Source of the DNA: Marinilactibacillus psychrotolerans
GTDB lineage: Bacteria > Bacillota > Bacilli > Lactobacillales > Carnobacteriaceae_A
Assembly (NCBI RefSeq): GCF_900101525.1
Contig: NZ_FMZD01000004.1
Span: 55,102 to 79,101, forward strand
Length of the DNA stretch: 24,000 nucleotides
Direction: 5' to 3'
The position numbers and the translations under genes are program-made. Below are positions 17,067 to 24,000 of this stretch, one piece after another; within the stretch, counting starts at the first letter, position 1, and each line of letters opens with the position of its first letter. The notes under the pieces are model-generated. The model searched no databases and was not told where the DNA came from. It saw only the letters and a program-made list of their open reading frames with translations.

Positions 17067-17363
17067 ATGAGCAAATTAAAATGGTTTTCCGGAGGAAATG
17101 AACGGGCGAAACAAGCAGAAAAAATTATGACTGATTTATTAGATGATCTAAAAACAGACTTAGGTAACGAGTCGCTACAAAAAGTGTTAGAGAATTATCT
17201 TGAAGAGTTAAAACAAAAGAGCGCTTCTGTTCCTATGATTTTGAGTCGAATGAACTTAGATATTTCTAAAGCAATCAGAAATGATCGAGCTGTTTTATCA
17301 GACTATCAATCAAAAAAATTAAAAGAGTTGACTTCCGTATCCAATATTAGATATAAATATTAA
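17067..17363 (+). CDS. Class IIa bacteriocin immunity protein (four-helix-bundle, EntA/PisI/MunC-type)
   Basis: 98 aa. The start MSKLKWFSGG and end SNIRYKY closely resemble my recollection of the mundticin/piscicolin immunity proteins. It lies downstream of the bacteriocin gene; AGGAAGGA RBS. Confidence 0.9.
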   Translation: MSKLKWFSGGNERAKQAEKIMTDLLDDLKTDLGNESLQKVLENYLEELKQKSASVPMILSRMNLDISKAIRNDRAVLSDYQSKKLKELTSVSNIRYKY

Positions 17364-17437
17364 TAGTGGATACAAAGGTATGACTCCAATATAATAGTTT
17401 GTCAGTGTGATAAAATGAATCGTACTGTAGTCTATGC

Positions 17438-17487
17438 AAAAAAAACATCTGATTCCTTTAATTTAAAGGAATCAGATGTTTTTTAGG
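17438..17487. terminator. Bidirectional intrinsic terminator shared by the immunity gene and ssrA
   Basis: Near-perfect long palindrome AAAAAACATCTGATTCCTTTAA / TTAAAGGAATCAGATGTTTTTT, flanked by an A-run and a T-run. Confidence 0.8.
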
Positions 17488-17508
17488 TTACGATTGAACT
17501 TACACAAT

Positions 17509-17875
17509 GGAGTTGAGGGGAGTCGAACCCCTGTCCAGACACATTGGCACTCAAGCCTCTACGTTCATAGTTACACTATTAGATTTCGCTCAACATTAGC
17601 CGCATAACAGGCGTCATGTGTCGCTAGTCTGGTAATCTCTTCTTATTCTTACAGACGGAAAGAATAAGCGTATCCCACTTAATTATAGGACCCAAACGTG
17701 ACACGTGGGCGATGCCAGTTCGGATCACGCTAATAAGCTGTTATTACGCAGCTAAAGCGTAAGTGTTATTATTATTGTTTGCAGTTATATTTAACTGTGA
17801 CGTTGGTATGCAGTCTCGTCACCTGCAGAACGCAACTCAAGCTCAATCTATGCCTGTCGAATCCGTAACAACCCC
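17509..17875 (-). ncRNA. ssrA: tmRNA (SsrA), about 367 nt; tag reading frame GCA AAC AAT AAT AAT AAC ACT TAC GCT TTA GCT GCG TAA TAA
   Basis: On the - strand the 5' end reads GGGGTTGTTACGGATTCGACAGG and the 3' end GGACAGGGGTTCGACTCCCCTCAACTCCA. The acceptor stem has a G3:U pair (Ala identity). The UUAAAUAUAACU element sits directly before the resume codon, as I recall for Bacillus tmRNA. The tag is (A)ANNNNNTYALAA with two stops (17741-17782). CCA is not encoded. Confidence 0.95.
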
Positions 17876-17932
17876 GATATAGAATAAAACTTGAAAGCAA
17901 ATGGATCGTAGAGAACGACCATTTCTAAAAGC

Positions 17933-17941
17933 ATTATAGCA
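17933..17941 (-). promoter_or_regulatory. Candidate extended -10 (TGcTATAAT) for ssrA
   Basis: The + strand ATTATAGCA at 17933-17941 reads TGCTATAAT on the - strand, about 58 nt upstream of the mature 5' end. This would imply a processed precursor. Confidence 0.4.
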
Positions 17942-18048
17942 CAAATTGTTTAGAAATGAAAGTCTGTTCGCTTATCTAAACAATAATCGTGTGATTTACA
18001 TAGACGCTTGTTATAATGAATGAAAAGGTAAGAAAGGTGTACTGATAA

Positions 18049-18783
18049 ATGGATTCAAAAATAACTCAATTAAAAAAATATATAGATGAAGCAGAAATTG
18101 TTGCTTTTTTTGGTGGGGCAGGCGTTTCTACTGAAAGTGGTTTACCTGATTATAGATCACGAAAGGGTCTGTATACAGAAATGGAAGGACAGAAATTAAA
18201 TCCTCAAGAAGTAATGAGTCATAAATATCTGATAGAACATCCTCAAGCTTTCTTTAACCGACGACCTAAAAAAGATAGGGTTGAACCCGAACCAAATGAT
18301 GCACATAAAGTATTGGCCCAAATGGAACAAGCTGGGAAAGATATACGTGTAATCACTCAAAATGTAGACGGTCTTCACCAGAAAGCAGGTCATCGGTTTG
18401 TATTAGAATTACATGGTCATAGTAGAACCTGGTATTGTATGGAATGTTCCAGAGTTTACAAGCCAGAAGAAGTTGAAAAAGATGAACTGAATATACCAAG
18501 ATGCCCAATCGAACAGGGAATCGTCAGACCAAACATTGTATTATTTGGAGAGAACCCAGACAGAGGTATTTTAGAAAAAAGTAAAGAAACGATTAGTAAA
18601 GCACAATTACTAATTATTGCCGGAACATCACTGACGGTAAATCCAGCAAAAAACCTGATCCATCGTTTCAAAGGGAAACATGTAGTAGTCATCAATAATG
18701 AAGAGATAGATACAAGAAATCTAAAAGTCGACCTATATATAGAAGGAAAAGTCGGAGAAACCTTTAAAGCTATAAATGAATAA
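18049..18783 (+). CDS. cobB: NAD-dependent protein deacylase (Sir2 family)
   Basis: GAGVSTESGLPDYRS NAD-binding motif, QNVDGLH catalytic region and Zn ribbon CxxC...C (CMECS...RCP). An extended -10 TGtTATAAT lies upstream. Confidence 0.9.
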   Translation: MDSKITQLKKYIDEAEIVAFFGGAGVSTESGLPDYRSRKGLYTEMEGQKLNPQEVMSHKYLIEHPQAFFNRRPKKDRVEPEPNDAHKVLAQMEQAGKDIRVITQNVDGLHQKAGHRFVLELHGHSRTWYCMECSRVYKPEEVEKDELNIPRCPIEQGIVRPNIVLFGENPDRGILEKSKETISKAQLLIIAGTSLTVNPAKNLIHRFKGKHVVVINNEEIDTRNLKVDLYIEGKVGETFKAINE

Positions 18784-18784
18784 T

Positions 18785-18840
18785 AAAAATACGCTCAGTA
18801 TATAGAGAAATTATTTTCTATACATACTGAGCGTATTTTT
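18785..18840. terminator. Bidirectional intrinsic terminator between the sirtuin gene and the convergent 116-aa gene
   Basis: Perfect 17-bp stem AAAAATACGCTCAGTAT (18785-18801) / ATACTGAGCGTATTTTT (18824-18840). Confidence 0.8.
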
Positions 18841-19191
18841 TTAGTTGCTTATTATTCTGTTTGAACCTTCATCAGAATCATAGTGATAATGCTTATACAT
18901 TTGTGCTAACAGCATAGGATCTGAACTGACTTTATGCATCAGATTAGCAGCAGCCTGCAGAGACTGCTCTTTTTTTGCAGCTCTAGCTTCGTCTGTTTTT
19001 GTACACACGGTCAAATCATCTAATACATTATGAAAATCTTCAAGGAAATTCTTAAACCCATGACTATCTTCCAGCAATACATTTTTTACGGATTGATTTT
19101 TACGATGGAGATAAATTAGGTAGTCTTTTACCGTCATTCCCATGTTTTCAGCGAATGCTACGATCTCTTGATATTCTGTATTTTCTTTCAT
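18841..19191 (-). CDS. Hypothetical protein (116 aa); no family recognised
   Basis: ORF with a plausible RBS (GGTAGAGG) and an operator-like GTTAATA repeat cluster upstream. I recognise no motif. Confidence 0.5.
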   Translation of the reverse strand: MKENTEYQEIVAFAENMGMTVKDYLIYLHRKNQSVKNVLLEDSHGFKNFLEDFHNVLDDLTVCTKTDEARAAKKEQSLQAAANLMHKVSSDPMLLAQMYKHYHYDSDEGSNRIISN

Positions 19192-19642
19192 CCAGATAAG
19201 CCTCTACCTTCTTTCGTTAATAATCATATAGTTAATAAAATATTAACGGAATTATAATATTGGTATTAAATATATTACAATTCTAAAATTTATAAGTGAA
19301 TTTGTAAATAAAAAAAGTGAATAATTAAAATTCTATAATAAATAACAATACCAATTTTATAATTATTCTATTCAAATATAAACAATGAATAAGAAATAAT
19401 AAATAATGAATGTAAGGCATAAAACTCTAATAAGGTAATAGATACGGGAAACTCAACGTTTGAAATTAATAGATATGGAGATATTGAGTAACTAAAAACA
19501 GGAAAATACTAACATAAAGTAACTTGTTCAAAAAAGTGTCACATTTATTCTGCAATCGATTTCAAATCGCTAGAAAAACGTGTGTATAACATATTAAATG
19601 CGAATTATAAGTATTGTTTATTGAATTTACTGACAATTACCA

Positions 19643-19671
19643 TTGACTTTATCATTTAATAAATATAAAAT
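19643..19671 (+). promoter_or_regulatory. Candidate sigma-A promoter for the amidohydrolase/permease operon (TTGACT-N17-TAAAAT)
   Basis: -35 TTGACT at 19643-19648 and -10 TAAAAT at 19666-19671, about 85 nt upstream of ATG 19755. Confidence 0.4.
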
Positions 19672-19754
19672 TTGAAAAAGATTATAAAAATGTGTGTATT
19701 CTAATTTTATAGATTTAAATACATAATTCATTAGACAGAAGGAGTGGAGGATAA

Positions 19755-20981
19755 ATGGGATATAAAATTTGGGAAGAAGCGTTAGCTGCTAATTATAAAA
19801 CGACTGTTTCATGGAGAAGACAGTTACATGAGAATCCAGAACCTTCTTTCGAAGAATATGAAACCCGGAAATATATTGCGGATAAATTAAAATCGTTTGG
19901 GTATGAAGAAATTGAGGAAGAAGTAGGGGGTGGCGGAATTGTTGCTTATCTGAGAGGAAAGCAAGAAGGACCAACAATTGGATTTAGAGCAGACTTTGAT
20001 GCTTTAAAAATTCAAGAAGCTACCGGATTATCTTTTTCATCTAAAAATCCCGGTGTTATGCATGCCTGTGGACATGATGGACATACAGCAACCTTGCTTA
20101 GTGTAGCCAAGGTAATGAAAGAGTATCAGTCTAGTTTATCTGGCACAGTAAAATTTATCTTTCAACATGCAGAAGAAGTTTTACCAGGTGGCGGAAAGGC
20201 AATGGTTGATGCAGGTGTATTAGATGATGTGGATTTCATATATGGACTTCATCTGAGATCACCTCTTGAATACGGTAAAGTTACTTATTGTTCTGGTTAC
20301 GCTATGGCTGCTCCGGACTTCTTTGAAATTAAGATACAGGGTAAAGGTGGACATGCAGCGCATCCTAATGCCACAGTTGATTCAGTTGTGATCGCCTCTT
20401 ATGTAGTGAATCAGCTCCAATCAATCATTAGCCGTAAAAAAGATCCGACTAAATCAGGGGTCCTAACATTCTCTACCCTTAAAGCCGGGGATGGAGCAAA
20501 TAATGTTATTGCGGACAAAGCTTTTCTCAAAGGAACAGTTCGTACATTTGATCCTGAAGTAAGAAATATGATAGAAGATAAAATCAAATTTATGACAGAA
20601 CAAATTTGTAAAGCACATGATGCAACCTGTGAAGTCAATTATGGACGTGGCTATCCAGCGCTTTATAATCATGAAACAGAAACTGAAATAATTGCTGATT
20701 TATTTAAAGAAACATTTGGCGAAGAAACGGTTGAATCAACCCCGTTGCGTATGGGAGGAGAAGATTTTGCTTACTTCTTAGAAGAAAAGCCTGGTTCATT
20801 TTTCTTCGTTAATTCAGGTAATGAAGAAAAGGGAATCATTTATCCTCACCATCACCCAAAATTTGACTTTGATGAACGTGCACTCTTGTTAGGTGGTAAG
20901 TGCTTCTTAGCCATCATTGATCATTACTTGACCGAGAAAGAAACGCATAAAGTTAAAGCATCATCAGTTGTGGGAGAATAG
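19755..20981 (+). CDS. M20D-family amidohydrolase (N-acyl-L-amino acid amidohydrolase / hippurate hydrolase-like), paralog 1
   Basis: MHACGHDGH metal-binding motif, conserved QHAEE and GGEDFAYF, and HHHPKF near the C-terminus. Confidence 0.9.
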   Translation: MGYKIWEEALAANYKTTVSWRRQLHENPEPSFEEYETRKYIADKLKSFGYEEIEEEVGGGGIVAYLRGKQEGPTIGFRADFDALKIQEATGLSFSSKNPGVMHACGHDGHTATLLSVAKVMKEYQSSLSGTVKFIFQHAEEVLPGGGKAMVDAGVLDDVDFIYGLHLRSPLEYGKVTYCSGYAMAAPDFFEIKIQGKGGHAAHPNATVDSVVIASYVVNQLQSIISRKKDPTKSGVLTFSTLKAGDGANNVIADKAFLKGTVRTFDPEVRNMIEDKIKFMTEQICKAHDATCEVNYGRGYPALYNHETETEIIADLFKETFGEETVESTPLRMGGEDFAYFLEEKPGSFFFVNSGNEEKGIIYPHHHPKFDFDERALLLGGKCFLAIIDHYLTEKETHKVKASSVVGE

Positions 20982-21027
20982 TCAATTCGTACTAAATGAA
21001 TAAAGTATAGAAAGAAGGAGAAGGATC

Positions 21028-22215
21028 ATGGCATATGAAACATGGGCAGATGAATTAAAACAAAATTTTGATGAAACCGTCAGCTGGAGAAGGCATTTAC
21101 ATGAACATCCAGAACCTTCATTTGAAGAAAAAGAAACAGCACAGTTTATTTTGGCAAATTTAAAAGAATTTGGGGTAGAAGACATTCAAACGAATGTGGG
21201 TAATGGATATGGAATTGTCGCAAGAATTAAGGGCGCCCATCCTGGACCAACTATTGCGTTACGTGCTGACTTTGATGCCTTAAGAATAAAAGAAGAAGCG
21301 AATGTTCCTTTCAAATCAAAAAAAGAAGGATTCATGCATGCTTGTGGGCATGACGGACATACGGCTTCACTCTTGAGCGTCGCAAAAGTGTTAGTTAATC
21401 ATAAAGATGAATTAAAAGGGAATGTTGTTTTACTTCACCAGAATGCTGAAGAAGTTTTACCTGGAGGAGCCAAGTCAATGGTCGAAGCAGGCGCTTTGGA
21501 AGATGTGGACTATGTATTTGGTATTCATTTAGGAGCTACGCAGGAATTAGGGAAAGTCTACTATAATTATCGTTTTGGATCAGCCAATTCAGATACCTTT
21601 AGATTAAATATTCAAGGAAAAGGTGGACATGGTGCAGCGCCACATGATACGCATGATGCTTTGACGATTGGCACACAAATCGTGTCAAGCTTACAGCAGA
21701 TTGTAAGTCGTTTAGCTGATCCCGTTAAACCGGCTGTTTTGACCTTTGCAGGGTTTAATGCTGGTGGTGAAGCATATAACATCATTGCAGATACAGCTGA
21801 GATCAAAGGAACGATTCGAACGATGCATAAAGAAATACAGGATCTGATGGAGAGTAAATTAAAATCAATTAGCACAGGGATTGCAGAAGCTTTTGATGCA
21901 ACATTAGCTATTGATTATGTTAGAGGTTATCCATCGATTCAAAATGATCCAGCACAAGTGGAAAGAATTAAACAAAAATTTTCAACCGTATTTACAGAAG
22001 AGCTTATGGAAGAAGAAGTAGAAGGATCTATGGGGGGAGAAGATTTTGCTTATTTCTTAAAAGAAAAGCCAGGGGCATTTTTAAGAGTGGGGGCAAAATT
22101 TCCAGAAGATGAGTCTCCATATCCACATCATCATCCTAAATTTGTGATTCATGAAGACTCTTTATTAAGATCTGGAGAAGTATTTTTAGCCATTATTGAT
22201 GAATACCTTAGTTAG
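21028..22215 (+). CDS. M20D-family amidohydrolase, paralog 2 (tandem duplicate)
   Basis: Same motif set (MHACGHDGH, QNAEE, GGEDFAYF, HHHPKF). It is colinear with paralog 1 and roughly half the residues look identical by eye. Confidence 0.9.
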   Translation: MAYETWADELKQNFDETVSWRRHLHEHPEPSFEEKETAQFILANLKEFGVEDIQTNVGNGYGIVARIKGAHPGPTIALRADFDALRIKEEANVPFKSKKEGFMHACGHDGHTASLLSVAKVLVNHKDELKGNVVLLHQNAEEVLPGGAKSMVEAGALEDVDYVFGIHLGATQELGKVYYNYRFGSANSDTFRLNIQGKGGHGAAPHDTHDALTIGTQIVSSLQQIVSRLADPVKPAVLTFAGFNAGGEAYNIIADTAEIKGTIRTMHKEIQDLMESKLKSISTGIAEAFDATLAIDYVRGYPSIQNDPAQVERIKQKFSTVFTEELMEEEVEGSMGGEDFAYFLKEKPGAFLRVGAKFPEDESPYPHHHPKFVIHEDSLLRSGEVFLAIIDEYLS

Positions 22216-22263
22216 AAATTTAAAGTATAAGATACGTTTGTACGAAGCAAAGGGGAGGAAAAT

Positions 22264-23214
22264 ATGCAAAAATTTATCACGAAACGACTGCTGACTGCTA
22301 TTCCAGTATTGATTATGATTTCGATGGCTGCTTTTCTAATGGTGAATTTGACGCCTGGGAATCCAGCGGAATTATACGTAATGCCAGATGCGACTGCAGA
22401 ACAAATTGCTGCTACTGAACGTGCTCTGGGATTAGACCAACCCATGCCAATTCAATATGTTCGTTGGTTAGGAAGAGCCTTAACACTGGATTTAGGCAAT
22501 TCATTTTCAACTAGATATCCTGTATTGCCCATTATCCTTTCTAGATTAATTCCAACTGTTGTTCTGATGGGCTCAACATTATTGTTTTCATATATCATTG
22601 CGATTCCGCTAGGGATTATTAGTGCAAGAAAACAAGGAACTTGGATTGATAATCTACTGACAGGAGGATCCTTTATTGGTGTATCAATCCCTAACTTTTT
22701 CCTGGGACTTGGATTGATTTATATCTTTGCTGTTCGGCTAGGGTGGTTACCGACTGGGGGAATGACAGAATTAGGTGGAAATGGCGGTTTCTTTGAAGTA
22801 CTCAAACATCTTGTCTTACCCGTTATTGTCCTTTCAGCATTCTATATAGCCAACATGTCGAGATATATGCGTTCCACAATGATACAAGTTTATGGAGAAA
22901 ATTATATGCGGACAGCTACAGCAAAAGGATTAGCTTCAAAAACGATTTTAACCAAACATGGATTAAGAAACGCTATGATTCCAGTTATTACAATTATTGG
23001 AACGGATTTGCCTAGATTGGTCGGGGGAGCAATCGTTACAGAGCAAATTTTCCAGTGGCCGGGTTTAGGACGACTAACGATCACGGCGATTCAGCAACGG
23101 GACTATCCGATCTTGATGGCCGTTACGATGCTATCTGCTGTAGTCGTTTTAGTCGCTAACTTGTTAGTAGATATTATGTATGCCGTAGTTGATCCGCGAA
23201 TTAAATATAACTAA
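22264..23214 (+). CDS. Peptide/nickel (Opp/Dpp-type) ABC transporter permease, OppB/DppB-like
   Basis: 316 aa with N-terminal MQKFITKRLL...IPVL, the EAA-loop region (YMRTATAKGL) and C-terminal VDPRI. Confidence 0.9.
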   Translation: MQKFITKRLLTAIPVLIMISMAAFLMVNLTPGNPAELYVMPDATAEQIAATERALGLDQPMPIQYVRWLGRALTLDLGNSFSTRYPVLPIILSRLIPTVVLMGSTLLFSYIIAIPLGIISARKQGTWIDNLLTGGSFIGVSIPNFFLGLGLIYIFAVRLGWLPTGGMTELGGNGGFFEVLKHLVLPVIVLSAFYIANMSRYMRSTMIQVYGENYMRTATAKGLASKTILTKHGLRNAMIPVITIIGTDLPRLVGGAIVTEQIFQWPGLGRLTITAIQQRDYPILMAVTMLSAVVVLVANLLVDIMYAVVDPRIKYN

Positions 23215-23231
23215 TGAAAGGGAGAGAGTAA

Positions 23232-24000
23232 ATGGCTCAAAATATAGGTAGTAACAATAAAACAGAGTCACTTTTCCGCATAGCTGATACTGCTAACCGG
23301 GTAAACTTCCCTGGAAGTTCGGATGAACAGATTGTAACGAATGGCGACAGTTACGTTAAAACGATCGCTAAACGGTTTTTTAAGAATAAAGTCGCTGTAA
23401 TCAGCTTAGCGATCTTCATAGCAATGATTTTAGTTGCAGTCTTTGCGAATCAGCTTTCACCATATGCGAGAGATGCTTCTGTAGGAGGGTTTCGATCTGC
23501 ACCACATGGGAATTATTTTTTAGGAACAGATGATATAGGTAGAGATACGTTGACGAGATTAATTCATGGAACACAAGTCTCTATGATTGTCGGAATATGT
23601 TCTGTTGCAATTTATGTAGTAATTGGAACATCTCTAGGTCTGGTGTCAGGTTACTTTGGTGGCATCATTGATGCGATTATCATGCGCGTGACAGAGGCAT
23701 TTATGTCTTTTCCATTTTTCTTAGTCATTTTGACTTTGGTTTCACTACTTGGATCAGGAATATGGGTCGTCACAATTGTCTTAGGGGTCTTGAGCTGGCC
23801 ACCTTTATGTAGATTAGTTCGTGGGCAAGTTTTAACGTTGAAAGAACAGGATTTTGTGCTGGCAGCTGAGGCAACTGGTTATTCAACATTTGGAATTATG
23901 TTTGTGCATATCTTGCCAAATGTGATTTCACCCATTTTAGTTAATGCTACTTTTGGGATTGCTACAGCGATTTTAACGGAAGCATCCCTTAGCTTCTTAG
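23232..24000 (+). CDS. Peptide/nickel ABC transporter permease, OppC/DppC-like (3'-truncated by the window edge)
   Basis: Not in the track because it is edge-truncated. My manual translation from ATG 23232 gives MAQNIGSNNKTESLF...FLGTDDIGRDTLTRLIHG...MRVTEAFMSFPFFL. A GGAGAGAG RBS lies upstream. Confidence 0.85.
   Translation, partial: MAQNIGSNNKTESLFRIADTANRVNFPGSSDEQIVTNGDSYVKTIAKRFFKNKVAVISLAIFIAMILVAVFANQLSPYARDASVGGFRSAPHGNYFLGTDDIGRDTLTRLIHGTQVSMIVGICSVAIYVVIGTSLGLVSGYFGGIIDAIIMRVTEAFMSFPFFLVILTLVSLLGSGIWVVTIVLGVLSWPPLCRLVRGQVLTLKEQDFVLAAEATGYSTFGIMFVHILPNVISPILVNATFGIATAILTEASLSFL

Noticed and set aside
17364-17508. Possible attachment-site repeat or integrase remnant between the immunity gene and ssrA, and small ORFs (for example MNRTVVYAKKTSDSFNLKESDVF)
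   Set aside because: The only structure is the shared terminator palindrome. The small ORF runs through the hairpin and has no RBS. I saw no duplicated ssrA 3' sequence here or at the 11.4-kb boundary.
1-24000. CRISPR arrays, IS elements/transposases, tRNA/rRNA genes and toxin-antitoxin pairs
   Set aside because: Reading both strands, I found no regularly spaced direct repeats, terminal inverted repeats with a transposase ORF, cloverleaf-like tRNA sequence other than the tRNA-like ends of ssrA, or small adjacent TA-like ORF pairs.

Overview
This is a chromosomal window from a low-GC Firmicute that looks like Lactobacillales (Carnobacterium/Enterococcus-type gene content); no species call is possible from sequence alone. 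The left part is housekeeping. It holds a divergent CDF exporter / ZIP importer metal-transport pair and the conserved secG-est-rnr-smpB cluster. These are followed by a DrrAB-like ABC-2 exporter, a histidine phosphatase, a Cof-type HAD phosphatase, an SOS-box-controlled YolD-like gene, a VOC/glyoxalase protein and a GNAT acetyltransferase. The centre (about 11.4-17.4 kb) is visibly more AT-rich and encodes a pheromone-regulated class IIa (pediocin-like, YGNGV) bacteriocin system. On the + strand are the prebacteriocin and a cognate immunity gene. On the - strand is an operon of a 47-aa induction-peptide gene missing from the ORF track, an AgrC/HPK10-type histidine kinase, a LytTR response regulator, a C39-peptidase ABC exporter and an unusually short (truncated?) accessory protein. 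The divergent promoter region carries two pairs of TTCAGGAA-type direct repeats with 22-bp phasing. The locus abuts the 3' end of ssrA (tmRNA, - strand), which is inverted and about 12 kb away from smpB. The right part holds a sirtuin deacylase, a small hypothetical gene and a 563-bp AT-rich intergenic region. After that comes an operon of two tandem paralogous M20D amidohydrolases followed by Opp/Dpp-type permeases. I saw no CRISPR array, transposase, integrase or rRNA/tRNA gene.
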